Of a stretch of 64,000 nucleotides of DNA, positions 1 through 9,189 are shown piece after piece (within the stretch, counting starts at the first letter, position 1; each line of letters begins with the position of its first letter). Source of the DNA: Capsulimonadaceae bacterium (lineage in GTDB: Bacteria > Armatimonadota > Armatimonadia > Armatimonadales > Capsulimonadaceae); assembly GCA_965215505.1 (NCBI GenBank), contig OZ244065.1, positions 4,032,001-4,096,000 of the forward strand. Direction: 5' to 3'. The notes below the pieces were generated by a model. The model did no database searches and had not been told where the DNA came from. It was given only the letters and a program-made list of their open reading frames with translations. The position numbers and the translations under genes are program-made.

Positions 1-139
1 GGTGGCCGCGCTTGACGGAGGCCCCTTCTCTCTGGAAGGCGGCGACGACCTGCTTCTCCATCGCCGCCTGCGCCTCCTGGCACATCTGGTTCGCGGACAG
101 GCGCAGGTCGCCGCTGGCAATGAGCGTGATTTCTTTCAT
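1..139 (-). CDS. 5' end of a putative fucose-isomerase-like protein (runs off the window start)
   Basis: Manual translation from ATG at 139: MKEITLIASGDLRLSANQMCQEAQAAMEKQVVAAFQREGASVKRGH. The ASGDLRLSAN N-terminus is recalled from proteins annotated as fucose isomerase-like. TATACT -10-like box upstream at ~176-181. Confidence 0.55.
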   Translation of the reverse strand, partial: MKEITLIASGDLRLSANQMCQEAQAAMEKQVVAAFQREGASVKRGH

Positions 140-232
140 CGGGGAATTCCTTTGCCGGCATGAATGCTTGGCAAAGTATAAGGCACGGGCGGGGGAATGT
201 CAAGAACCCACCCCGCGACAAGCCGGGCGGGT

Positions 233-1387
233 TCATCGCGGCGTCAGCAGGAACGCCCGACGCTTCCCGTCGTGCAGGCCCTCGCCGACGATCTGCCCCC
301 GGTCGTTGATCCCCTGCGCCGACTCAAGCACCCAGCTGGAGCGGGCGGGGATGAGCGCATTCAGGTCCGTCAAGCGGCCTGCGCGGTAGACCCAGGCGCG
401 CTGCGTCTCGTTCTGCCGGAACAGCGAGATCAGCGGCCTCAAGCGGATCGGGTGGTCGTTGACGAAGCGCGACAGCGGCCCCGGCCCGGACCAGGCCGTC
501 CCGACCGCCTCGCCGCGGTCGTTGATGGCTGTGCCGTCGCCGCTCTCCATGCCGGGGAGCGTTCCCAGGACCGTGACCCGGCTGCCGACCCAGAGCGCGG
601 CCCGTGCATACCGGTCGGACAGCATGGCGGTGCCGATGATCTGGCCCCGGCGGTTGACTCCGAGCGCGAGGGTGTCCAGGGAGCCAGGCGGCGCTGCCAG
701 GGCCGTCGTTCTTCGTGTCCGGCTGTCATAGAGGAAGGCCTGCATGCCCGCCCCGATCTGCCGCTCATCGTAGCCGACGACCTGCCCCGCCGCGTTGATG
801 CCAGTGGGGAGGGCACCCAGGAACCCCGGCAGAACGCCGATGTCCACCATTTTGCCGCCGCCGGTGAGGAAGGCGTGATATGTGTTCGGCCCTCTGGTCC
901 CCCATGCTTCAAAGACGACCTGACCCTGGGTGTTGATACCCTGCCCCATGCTCATGGAGTAGCCCGGCGGCGTGCCTAGGTCGCGCATCCTGCCCGCGCC
1001 GTAGAGGAACGCATGGAACTGCCGCCCGGATGCGCGGACGTTCCTGGGCGTGGCCACCCACAGGCTGCCCGTCACCTGGCCGCCGTCGCTGATTGCCGGC
1101 CCATCGTGGCTGGTGATCAGCCCGGCCGGCCCCAGGTCCGTCATCACGCCGCCGTGCCACAGGAAGATGTGCCGCGCGCCCAGCCTCTGCCCCCCGCTGA
1201 GGCCGACGATGTCGCCCCGGTTGTTAATCGCGGACGCCCCGCTGACGGCCGCGCCGGGCAGGACGCCGAGGTCGGTAACGGTGTAGCGCGGCGGGCCAGG
1301 CCGGTACAGCCAGACGACGAGGACAAGGGCGAGTGCGGCGAGGAGGCCGAGGGACATGGCGGTGAAGCGGCGCTTGTGGGGCGACAT
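233..1387 (-). CDS. HAF-family extracellular repeat (beta-propeller) protein with N-terminal membrane anchor
   Basis: Repeated A.GIN..GQVVG / HAFLY..G.M.DLG units; hydrophobic N-terminus. Start placed at 1387 because TAGGAT lies 7 nt upstream. Confidence 0.85.
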   Translation of the reverse strand: MSPHKRRFTAMSLGLLAALALVLVVWLYRPGPPRYTVTDLGVLPGAAVSGASAINNRGDIVGLSGGQRLGARHIFLWHGGVMTDLGPAGLITSHDGPAISDGGQVTGSLWVATPRNVRASGRQFHAFLYGAGRMRDLGTPPGYSMSMGQGINTQGQVVFEAWGTRGPNTYHAFLTGGGKMVDIGVLPGFLGALPTGINAAGQVVGYDERQIGAGMQAFLYDSRTRRTTALAAPPGSLDTLALGVNRRGQIIGTAMLSDRYARAALWVGSRVTVLGTLPGMESGDGTAINDRGEAVGTAWSGPGPLSRFVNDHPIRLRPLISLFRQNETQRAWVYRAGRLTDLNALIPARSSWVLESAQGINDRGQIVGEGLHDGKRRAFLLTPR

Positions 1388-1410
1388 GGGCGGCATCCTA
1401 TTCCGGGGGA

Positions 1411-1441
1411 ACCGGCATTGGAAATGCCGGCCTACTCTTGA
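1411..1441 (-). repeat. GTAG-type REP palindrome (second copy at 19615-19645)
   Basis: Reverse complement reads GTAGGCCGGCATTTCCAATGCCGGT: GTAG followed by a hairpin. Confidence 0.7.
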
Positions 1442-1496
1442 GTGAAAACCCCTCTGGGGTTGAGGAACGCCCTACTCGCGCCCTCTTCCTGCTCGC

Positions 1497-2636
1497 TTAC
1501 TTTGGCGTCAGCACAAATCCCCGTTCTTGCCCGTGGTGCAGGCCGTTGCCCACGATCTGGCCCCGGTCGTTGATGCCCCGCGCGCTTTCCAGTATCCAGT
1601 CCTCATCCTTCGGGATCAGGCCGTTCAAATCCTGCATCCTGCCGCCTCGGTACACGAAGGCGTGTTCGGAAGAGCGGTCCAGATACCGCCGCCACGGGTT
1701 GTCGCCGCCCGCGTGCATCGACAAAAACCCCTTGATGGAATTGGCATCAATGAAGCAGTTGCCCACCGCCTCGCCCCGGCTGTTCAGGTCCTCGCCGATG
1801 CTGATGGGGTAGCCCGGCGGTGCCCCCAGGTCGGTCATCCGGTTCCCACGCCAGATGGTGGCATGACAGTAGCCGCCGGGCAGCGAGGCATCGCCGATGA
1901 CCTCCCCGGCGTCGTTGATACGGCGCACGAAGCCCCGCAGGTAGGGTGGCAGCACGGGCAGAATCCTCATTGTACCCGCTCGGCTGTCGTAGACGAACGG
2001 GCCAATCGGGCCGACATGGCGCGTGTTCCAGTGGCATTCGCCGACGATCTGCCCGGCGTTGTTGATGCCCAGCGCGTGCATCTCGGAGCAGCCGGCGGGC
2101 AGCCTGATCTGCGTCATCCGGCCCGCGCTGTAGAGGAAGACGCGGCCCTGGGGCGGCCCCGGCTGCATGGGGCCGCTCGTGGCGTTGATGGCGACCTCGC
2201 CCCGGCCGTTGATGCCCACGCCGGCACTGTCGTGGAAGCCGGGCAGGGTGCCGAGGTCCCGCATCCTGCCGCCGCTGTAAAGGAAGGCGCGCTTCCCCCC
2301 ATTTGGCAGGAAAACGACCCCCGTGACGTCCCCCACCGAGTTCATGCCGCCCGCCCCGCTGTAGCTGCCGCCTGGAAGGACGCCGAGGTCTGTCAGCCGG
2401 CCGTCCCGGAAGATCACTGCCCGCGTACTCGTCCCGCTCACGGACCCCGCCACCTCGCCCCGGCTGTTGACGGCATCCGCGCCGCTTTCCTTATAGCCCG
2501 GCAGGACCCCAAGGTCGGTGACGGTGTAGCGCGGGGCGGGGCGCGGCGAGAGCAGGCCGGACAGGAAGAGCGTCAGGACCACGGCGAGGCCGAGGGCCGC
2601 CGCTTGGAGGGGGCGGCGGTATCTGAGTGGGGGCAT
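1497..2636 (-). CDS. HAF-family extracellular repeat protein, tandem paralog of 233..1387
   Basis: Same PRYTVTDLGVLPG start of repeats and DLN.LIP...W.LESA.GINDRGQIVG.GLH.G..R.F.LTP C-terminus. GGAAGGAG RBS before ATG 2636. Confidence 0.85.
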   Translation of the reverse strand: MPPLRYRRPLQAAALGLAVVLTLFLSGLLSPRPAPRYTVTDLGVLPGYKESGADAVNSRGEVAGSVSGTSTRAVIFRDGRLTDLGVLPGGSYSGAGGMNSVGDVTGVVFLPNGGKRAFLYSGGRMRDLGTLPGFHDSAGVGINGRGEVAINATSGPMQPGPPQGRVFLYSAGRMTQIRLPAGCSEMHALGINNAGQIVGECHWNTRHVGPIGPFVYDSRAGTMRILPVLPPYLRGFVRRINDAGEVIGDASLPGGYCHATIWRGNRMTDLGAPPGYPISIGEDLNSRGEAVGNCFIDANSIKGFLSMHAGGDNPWRRYLDRSSEHAFVYRGGRMQDLNGLIPKDEDWILESARGINDRGQIVGNGLHHGQERGFVLTPK

Positions 2637-2716
2637 GAAAAAGCTCCTTCCGTTTGGCCTCATAAGGGCCTAAACGCAAGGAGCGGCGGAAACGGTTCGC
2701 TCTATAGTCGGGGAGT

Positions 2717-3757
2717 TTAGTAGGTGAACGTCGCCAGGCCGACCGAGACACCCGCGCTGCCGACGACGATGAGCGTCTTGTCGCCCCGGTTCAGGCGGCC
2801 CTCCTGGGCGGCGAGGCTCATGCCCAGCGGGACCGAGGCCGAGACGCAGTTGCCGTAGCGGGGGTGGACGCTGTAGTAAACGCCCTTGGGGATGTCCAGG
2901 TGCTTGACCAGGACCTCGGAGGCCTTCTGGCTGGCCTCGTGGCCGAAGGCGATGTCGTAGTCGCGGTTCTTGAAGTGGCAGTCGGCGTTGTAGACCTCGA
3001 CGATCTTCTTGACCGTCGTGACCACAAGCTCGCGCGAGAGGGAGAAGAACTGCATGGCCGCGTAGCGCGGGTCGGGGGCGGAGGGCAGGAAGTCACCGAG
3101 GTTTTCCAGCGGGATCATGCACAGCTTGTAGTGTTCGCCGAAGTTCTTGAAGTTGAAGTAGAAGTCGTCGTCCGGATTCTCGTCCGTCACGATGGTCGCC
3201 GTCGCCGCCTCGCCGATGGTGAACTGGGCGACCCGGTGCTTGAGGTCGTTGGCGTCTTTGATCTCCGAACACCAGAAGGAGCGGACCAGGCTGCTCTCGC
3301 AGTTGACGATCATGCCGCACTTGTAGGTCCCCCCCTGGATCAAGGAGCGCGCCACCTGCATGGCCCGCAGCCAGGAGGCGCAGGCGTCCAGGATGTCGAA
3401 ACAGGTGGCATTCGGCATGTTCAGCTCGGACTGGACGACGTTCGCCATCGCCGGCTCCACCCACCCGCGCCCGACGCCGGTGTAAATGAGGAAGTCCACG
3501 TCTTTGGCCGTGATGCCCGCCTGGGCGATGGCCGAGCGGCCCGCCGCCAGCACGAAGTCAATGGCCTTCTCGCCCGTGTTCAGCTTGTAGCGGACCTGTG
3601 TCCCCGCCGTGAACAGCGTTTCGCGGACCTGTTTCTCCAGCCTGTCGATCTCCGCCTTGGGGAGACGTCCCTCGCTTTCCCGCCGAAAAGTCTCCAGGAT
3701 GTCGTCATTGGTGACTTTTTTGGTGGGAACGGCGTGCTGAATCGTGCGGATGTGCAT
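2717..3757 (-). CDS. 3-oxoacyl-ACP synthase III / OleA-like condensing enzyme
   Basis: FDILDACASW (catalytic Cys), TIGEAATA, GHEAS (His), YGNCVSASVP (Asn), GSAG. Confidence 0.8.
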   Translation of the reverse strand: MHIRTIQHAVPTKKVTNDDILETFRRESEGRLPKAEIDRLEKQVRETLFTAGTQVRYKLNTGEKAIDFVLAAGRSAIAQAGITAKDVDFLIYTGVGRGWVEPAMANVVQSELNMPNATCFDILDACASWLRAMQVARSLIQGGTYKCGMIVNCESSLVRSFWCSEIKDANDLKHRVAQFTIGEAATATIVTDENPDDDFYFNFKNFGEHYKLCMIPLENLGDFLPSAPDPRYAAMQFFSLSRELVVTTVKKIVEVYNADCHFKNRDYDIAFGHEASQKASEVLVKHLDIPKGVYYSVHPRYGNCVSASVPLGMSLAAQEGRLNRGDKTLIVVGSAGVSVGLATFTY

Positions 3758-3894
3758 GCGGAAGGCTTTCTTTGCGGCTTGTTAAGTCTTGGGGAATCTT
3801 AGGTGGGCCTGGTGTATACCTTAGCATACCACAGGACGGGAAGAAAATGTGCCCGAGGCCGGCGCGGGCGGCCGGGAATTTTCGCGAGGCGTTT

Positions 3895-4095
3895 TCAGCG
3901 GCGGGCCTTCCGCGCCACGAAAACGAGCGTCAGAACCGCCAGTCCCAGGAAGAGGGCGGGGCCGGCGAGGGCGGCGTGGGCGCGGACGCCGGGCAGGGCG
4001 AACAGGGCGACCCAGGCCAAAGCCAGCCCGGCGAAGGCCCAGTCGTCCACGAACAGGCCGACGATCTCGGCCAGGGCGCCTCGGAGGAAGTTCAT
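3895..4095 (-). CDS. Small membrane protein (66 aa), translationally coupled to the COG4280 gene
   Basis: MNFLRGALAEIVGLFVDDWAFA...; two hydrophobic segments; ATGA overlap at 4092-4095. Confidence 0.65.
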   Translation of the reverse strand: MNFLRGALAEIVGLFVDDWAFAGLALAWVALFALPGVRAHAALAGPALFLGLAVLTLVFVARKARR

Positions 4096-4847
4096 GCCGT
4101 TAGCCCCCCTTCCGCCTTTTTCTGCCTCATGCCCCGCGCCAGCGCGACGCCGAGGCCGGCGACCAGGAGCCAGCCCGCCGAAAGGACGAGCGGAGTCCAG
4201 GCGTCCCCGAAGGTCCACTCGATCTGCAAACCCTCACCGACCAGCAATGTCCCGAAGGCGGAAACCAGGGTGCCGACGACCAGCTTGAGCGCGTTCTCCG
4301 GGATCTGCGATAGTGGACGCCGCGCGGCCAGGCCCAGGAGGATGACCAGGACAGCCGCCGCCGCCGCGCCCGCCGAGGCCGCCGCCAGGTGGTGGGAGGC
4401 CGCGCCCATGGAGATGACCAGGAAAATGACTTCGATGCCCTCGATGAAGACGCCGTTAAAGGAGGTCAGCGCCGCGCCGGTGTCGAAGCCCGCCCCCGCG
4501 CTGCTCCCGCGCAGGGCGGTCTCCGTCTCGGCATACTCCTTCTCCTCGTTGTGCAGCGCGATGACGCCCGCCGCCCGCAGGATGGCCTTCCGCAGCCAGC
4601 GCAGGCCGAACAGCAGCAGCAGTAGGCCGACGATGAGCTGGAACAGGTGCGCGTCCAGGCTCGCCAGGCGCGGCCCGAAGGCCAGCACCAGCACGGCCAG
4701 CAGGCCCGCCGCCCCCGCCGCCCCGACGAGGGCGGGCCGCCACCCCCGCACCGCCCCGACGGCCAGCACGATGGTCAGCGCCTCGACGAATTCTACGAGC
4801 GAGGCCAGGAAGGCCGCGATGATGGTGGGCCACGGGATTGTCAGCAT
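4092..4847 (-). CDS. COG4280-type multi-pass membrane protein
   Basis: AFLASLVEFVEALTIVLAVG..RGWR and GLRWLRKAILR motifs; second EGIEVIF motif. TACAAT 6 nt upstream of ATG 4847. Confidence 0.75.
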   Translation of the reverse strand: MLTIPWPTIIAAFLASLVEFVEALTIVLAVGAVRGWRPALVGAAGAAGLLAVLVLAFGPRLASLDAHLFQLIVGLLLLLFGLRWLRKAILRAAGVIALHNEEKEYAETETALRGSSAGAGFDTGAALTSFNGVFIEGIEVIFLVISMGAASHHLAAASAGAAAAAVLVILLGLAARRPLSQIPENALKLVVGTLVSAFGTLLVGEGLQIEWTFGDAWTPLVLSAGWLLVAGLGVALARGMRQKKAEGGLTA

Positions 4848-4924
4848 GGGAGTATTGTACCCGAGCATCAACGGGAAGAACGCCGAGGGGTGATGATGCA
4901 GTGACAGTGAGGGATGGAAACCTT

Positions 4925-4954
4925 CTGCCGGCAAAGGGGGACCTTTGCCGACAG
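4925..4954. terminator. Hairpin downstream of 5011..7278, possible terminator
   Basis: CTGCCGGCAAAGG-ggga-CCTTTGCCGACAG stem; no clear U-tract. Confidence 0.35.
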
Positions 4955-5010
4955 GCAGGGAATGAAAAAGCGATGTTGGCCTTCGGATCGGCTCAAGTCG
5001 GCGGCATTTT

Positions 5011-7278
5011 CTACGGTGCAGGCGGCGTCACAACCTTCAGGTCCATCGGCGGCGTTGCTCCGAAGGAGACACGGGCGGAAGGTGTCCAGCGGCCAACCAA
5101 GCCCAGCAGCACCGACGCTGCCGGTGAGTTTTGGAGGGCCTGGGGCAGAGTGGGCGTCAGGGAGGCTGCTCCCGCCAACTGCGCTTCGTTGAGCGCATCG
5201 GCAGGAAGACGTCCCCCCAGCAGCGCCGTCCGCCCCGCATCGTCCAAACTCCCGTACAGGTGAACCGTGTGTGAAAAACCTTTCAACAGATCGGTCGCCA
5301 GCCCAAAAGGGGCCTGCCGCGTCGCCGCCGTAAAGGGGTTAAATCCGGGGGGCATCGCCTCCCCCAGCGGTAGGGGACGGTGCTTCAACGGCTCAAACAG
5401 CCTGGATGCCGAAGCGTCATTCTGGGCCATGAGGTCTTTCTCCTCCGGCTGGAACAGCGTCAGACCGTTGTATATCTGCCAGGGCGTCAGCGTAGAGGAC
5501 ACCTCCGCCGCCCAGTCCCATGTCTGCTTGATTGCCCCTGCCCGCTCCTCCGGCGTCTGCACCACAAGAGGAGTGGCCGCCTGCGCTGCCGCCTCCTGCT
5601 GCCGGGACTGGAGCAGCATCGCGAACCAGCGGCGCAGCAAGGGCTGCGGCGCTTCCAGATCGTCGTCCCGATACCAGCGGTTGCTGCGGATCAAGACCAG
5701 GCCGTCGGCATTGCGCCTCCAGCTGATGTCACGTTTAGCGGCCATCTCGTCCAGCTCAGTCGCCAGGGGACGGCGCAGCGGCTGCTTTCTTTGCTCCGGG
5801 GGCATGGAGTAGCCGCCCTTCGAGTAGTAGTCACAGACATATTCTATGCCGCTGCGCTCTCCCAACCAGTCGGTCTGCGCCGCGCGGCTGACGACGATCA
5901 GCGGCATTTCGCCGTTATCGCGCGGCAGCTTAGGCAGCGTGTTGGGCCAGATACGCCCGCGCTGGTAGTCGGCCAGCTGCTTCCAGGCCGGGGGCGCGGC
6001 GTCCCCCATGCCGTACACCTGATAAACCTGCATCTGCAAGAAAGGCGGCAGAGAGGTGCCTGTCTGACGCAATTCGGCGATCTGGCGCTTCCAGGAAGGC
6101 GGCATGTCAGCCCCGCCGTAGACGACTTGCGCCAGCCCCTTTTGGTCCGCCAGCAGGGGCATCGTGTTCACGGTGGGAGGAATACTTAGGTCTAACGTAC
6201 TGCTGGAGGGCGGCCCGTTGAAGGGCGTGGCCGCCACCCAAACTCCCCAATTCTGGAACAGGAAGTAGACCTTGCTGGAATCCAGCGCCGTCAGGCCGCT
6301 TTGCGCCTGTTGAGCATACTTCTGGAAGGCAGGAGGTGCCCCGGCCAGATGGTTGGTGATGTTGTCCTGCATCGCCGCCTTGAACTTTTCCTGCGTCTCC
6401 GGCGGCATCTGTGACAACCAGCCGATTGTGCCGAAGCGCTCCCCAGTGTTACTGAATCTCACATTTTCGATCTCATAAAAGGCGCTGTCGTCCAGGGTAG
6501 CGACGATCTGCTCTTTGAGCGCCTGGGGCAGCGTGGTAAAGAAGTCGTGCTGGTTCGCCTCCTCCTCTTCAATGGCATGGTCGGATGGCTCCGGCTCCGG
6601 GTCGTTTGCCTGGCGTCGTCGGGCTTTGGTCTGCATGGCCGAAAGCATCGCCTGACGCTGCAAGGCCAGCGCCTTGTCGCGCTCGCCCAGGAATAGCCGC
6701 CACCACTCGGCGCGGGCAACGGCGGCTTTGTCCGTCAAGGACAGGTTGTAGCCGTCGTCCGTCTTGGTCCACTTGCCCGGCAGCAGGTCGGACAAGGCTT
6801 GCATCAGCACCCGCAGAGGACGCTGGTTCAGGCGGATTTGCAGCTTCAGGTCAGCCGTGTTGTGGGAGGCAGTCAGAAGAATCTTGTCCGAGTTTGTCTT
6901 TTCGGCGGCACTGGGCTTGGTGTCTGCGCTTGGCTTGGCATCAGTAGTGGGCTTGGTGTCTGCACTTGGCTTGGCGTCTTTGCTTTTCTCTGTGGCCGGT
7001 TTGATGCTGACCTGTTGCAGCACTTCGTCCAGGGGGACACTGATCACGTCTAGAGAGATGAAGCGGTCTAGACGCTTGTCGTCAGCGAGCATCTGTTTCT
7101 GGCGGAGGGCTTCTTGGGGACTAAGGCCAAGTGATGCTGCGGAAGCCGGAGGCGAGGCGGCAGGCTTGGGAGCGGCGGATTTCTGGGCGAGGCTGGGGGC
7201 GGGCAAAGCGGCCGGCAGGAGAAACAAGGCCGCCGTCAAGCAGCGGCGAACAGCGCTGGGAAGCGACGCATTGTTCAT
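5011..7278 (-). CDS. Large secreted hypothetical protein with secretin/TonB N-terminal (STN)-like segments
   Basis: AGGAGG RBS before ATG 7278; signal peptide (..PAPSLAQ); LDRFISLDVISVPLDEVLQQVS..PLRVLMQALSDLL pattern; KPSADTKP low-complexity repeat. Confidence 0.6.
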   Translation of the reverse strand: MNNASLPSAVRRCLTAALFLLPAALPAPSLAQKSAAPKPAASPPASAASLGLSPQEALRQKQMLADDKRLDRFISLDVISVPLDEVLQQVSIKPATEKSKDAKPSADTKPTTDAKPSADTKPSAAEKTNSDKILLTASHNTADLKLQIRLNQRPLRVLMQALSDLLPGKWTKTDDGYNLSLTDKAAVARAEWWRLFLGERDKALALQRQAMLSAMQTKARRRQANDPEPEPSDHAIEEEEANQHDFFTTLPQALKEQIVATLDDSAFYEIENVRFSNTGERFGTIGWLSQMPPETQEKFKAAMQDNITNHLAGAPPAFQKYAQQAQSGLTALDSSKVYFLFQNWGVWVAATPFNGPPSSSTLDLSIPPTVNTMPLLADQKGLAQVVYGGADMPPSWKRQIAELRQTGTSLPPFLQMQVYQVYGMGDAAPPAWKQLADYQRGRIWPNTLPKLPRDNGEMPLIVVSRAAQTDWLGERSGIEYVCDYYSKGGYSMPPEQRKQPLRRPLATELDEMAAKRDISWRRNADGLVLIRSNRWYRDDDLEAPQPLLRRWFAMLLQSRQQEAAAQAATPLVVQTPEERAGAIKQTWDWAAEVSSTLTPWQIYNGLTLFQPEEKDLMAQNDASASRLFEPLKHRPLPLGEAMPPGFNPFTAATRQAPFGLATDLLKGFSHTVHLYGSLDDAGRTALLGGRLPADALNEAQLAGAASLTPTLPQALQNSPAASVLLGLVGRWTPSARVSFGATPPMDLKVVTPPAP

Positions 7279-7325
7279 TGGAAACCTCCTGATAGGGGGA
7301 AGCAGAACCGGAAGCAAGAAATTAC

Positions 7326-7353
7326 CGCCGCACAAGAAATACCTGTGCGGCGT
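7326..7353 (-). terminator. Stem-loop with T-rich tail between 7377..7796 and 5011..7278
   Basis: Minus strand reads CGCCGCACAGG-tattt-CTTGTGCGGCG followed by GTAATTTCTT. Confidence 0.45.
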
Positions 7354-7376
7354 CACCATGGCCCGACACATCTTGC

Positions 7377-7796
7377 CTATTGCAAGTTTATAAAAGGGCC
7401 GCCCCCGCCAGTAGACACACTCCAGGGTCTATAGTTAGGGCCATAGCCGCTGCAAATGCACCAGCAGTTGTATGTGCCGGAAGGAAGGTAGGTGATGTAC
7501 CCATAGGCGCTGGAGGTGCCCGGCCCCGCATAGTTGACGTATATGGTTGGCGAATAGCCATTGACGCCATTGTCAGCAAGCTGCTGCGCGTGGAACACTG
7601 CTTGATACCATGTGCTGCCAGCAGACTCTACGGTACACTGAACCGTCTCATTGATGCGGCCACTGCCAGGGCCGGCGCTTCCGTAGGAAGTCAAAATAGC
7701 CGAAGCGGCGTGCGTGGGAGCGCAGAAGGGGATCGCGGCGATAGCCGCAAGGAGCGGAACAAGGGTCCGCTTGAACAGAGAACACCGAAGTTTCAT
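7377..7796 (-). CDS. Small secreted hypothetical protein (139 aa, Cys/Tyr/Gly-rich)
   Basis: AAAGGAG RBS; signal peptide ending PTHA; lower GC than flanks. Confidence 0.6.
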   Translation of the reverse strand: MKLRCSLFKRTLVPLLAAIAAIPFCAPTHAASAILTSYGSAGPGSGRINETVQCTVESAGSTWYQAVFHAQQLADNGVNGYSPTIYVNYAGPGTSSAYGYITYLPSGTYNCWCICSGYGPNYRPWSVSTGGGGPFINLQ

Positions 7797-7825
7797 GTGA
7801 ACGTCTCCTTTGCATCAGAAATGCA

Positions 7826-7884
7826 TCAGGAGTGGAAACGTCTCCGGTGTCAGGAGTGGAAACGTCTCCGGTGTCAGGAGTGGA
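7826..7884. repeat. 24-bp tandem repeat, about 2.5 copies
   Basis: TCAGGAGTGGAAACGTCTCCGGTG twice, then TCAGGAGTGGA. Confidence 0.9.
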
Positions 7885-8007
7885 GCGGGGTCTCAGCCGC
7901 TCCGGGGCAGGAATGTGGCTCTTGCGGCCTGTCTCTCAGGCTGCGCCTGTGCGGGCAATCCTAAGAGTATGTTGAAAAAGTCTTGGTCGTTCAAGTACAC
8001 TGTAGTT

Positions 8008-8903
8008 ATGGAACGCCGAGCCTATTCTACCGACCTGACCGACGACCAGTGGCAGAAGCTACAAGAGTGCCTGCCCAAAGCCCGCAACGGGCGCACGGGC
8101 CGACGCCGCAAGCACCCGCTGCGCGAAGTCGTCAACGGCCTGTTCTACCAACTGCGGACGGGCTGCCCCTGGCGCGATCTGCCCCACGATCTGCCGCCCT
8201 GGGCCACGGTCTATGACCAGTTCCGCAGATGGCGCGACGACGGCACCATCGAGTGCCTGCACGACAACCTGCGCGACCAGGCCCGCAAGCAGCAGGGCCG
8301 CGAGGCCAGCCCGTCCGCCGCCGTCCTGGACAGCCAGACGGTCAAGGCGGGCGAAAAAGGGGGCCGCCTGGCACCCTCGGCTATGATGCCAACAAGAAGA
8401 TCAAGGGCCGCAGGCGGCACCTGATGGTGGACACGCAGGGCTTCCTGCTGGCCGTCTCCGTCCAGGCGGGCGATGTGCAGGACCGTGACGGGGCCAAAGA
8501 AGTGCTCTCCTACTGCAAGGGCACCTACCCGCGCCTGTCTGTGGTGTGGGCGGACGCCGCCTACGGGGGCGAGTTGGTGGACTGGGTCGCCTCCTGCTAC
8601 GGCTGGACGCTGGAGATCGTCCTACGGCTGGACGCTGGAGATCGTCCTACGGCTGGACGCTGGAGATCGTCCTACGGCTGGACGCTGGAGATCGTCAGGA
8701 AGTCCGAAGACCAAAAGGACGTCAAGGGCTTCGCGGTTCAGCCGCACCGCTGGATCGTGGAGCGCACGTTCGCGTGGCTGTGCAAGTACCGCCGCCTGGT
8801 GCGCGACTACGAGTTCCTGACCGAGAGCAGCGAGGCGATGATCCGCCTGGCGATGTGTCACCTGATGGTCCGTAGGCTCAAACCCAAGCCCAGAAAGGCA
8901 TGA
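8008..8903 (+). CDS. IS5 transposase, two ORFs joined by a probable -1 frameshift at AAAAAGGGGG (8354-8363)
   Basis: YSTDLTDDQW, GCPWRDLPHDLPPW, LDSQTVK, then GYDANKKIKGRRRH, WADAAY, RWIVERTFAWL. Confidence 0.85.
8597..8696. repeat. 25-bp tandem repeat, 4 copies, inside the transposase
   Basis: CTACGGCTGGACGCTGGAGATCGTC in four exact copies. Confidence 0.95.
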
Positions 8904-8960
8904 CGCAGACTTTCTCAACGTACTCTAAGAATGCCGCTTCGCCTCTGGTCTGCTGAAGCC

Positions 8961-8988
8961 ATTATACAGCAATGTTGCAAAAATACAA
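8961..8988 (-). promoter_or_regulatory. Sigma70-like promoter pointing toward 7796, now separated from it by the IS
   Basis: Minus strand TTGTAT-N16-TATAAT in an AT-rich stretch. Confidence 0.5.
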
Positions 8989-9086
8989 TAGGGCGCAAAA
9001 ATTTTTGACGTTTATTTTTCGTGTTGCGCTGTCGGAAGGATAGGAAGCGGCAGGAAGCCTCAGCAAGACAGGGAGGACGATTAATG

Positions 9087-9189
9087 CCCGCACCGCCCCG
9101 ACGGCCAGCACGCTGGTCAGGGCCTCCACGAATTCGACGAGGGAGGCCAGGAAGGCCGCGATGATGGTCGGCCATTGCACAGTCAGCAT
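9087..9189 (-). pseudogene. Truncated 5' fragment of the COG4280 gene
   Basis: MLTVQWPTIIAAFLASLVEFVEALTSVLAVGAVR. Segment 9087-9193 has 11 mismatches in 107 bp versus 4745-4851; homology stops abruptly. Confidence 0.85.

Larger units (their letters stand above)
7965..8925 (+). mobile_element. IS5-family insertion sequence (IS1031/IS427-like)
   Basis: 18-bp inverted repeats: GAGTATGTTGAAAAAGTC versus reverse-complemented right end GAGTACGTTGAGAAAGTC. TAA direct repeats at 7962-7964 and 8926-8928. Confidence 0.9.

Noticed and set aside
4852-5010. Riboswitch upstream of the COG4280 gene
   Set aside because: The gene appears leaderless and no known aptamer consensus was recognisable.
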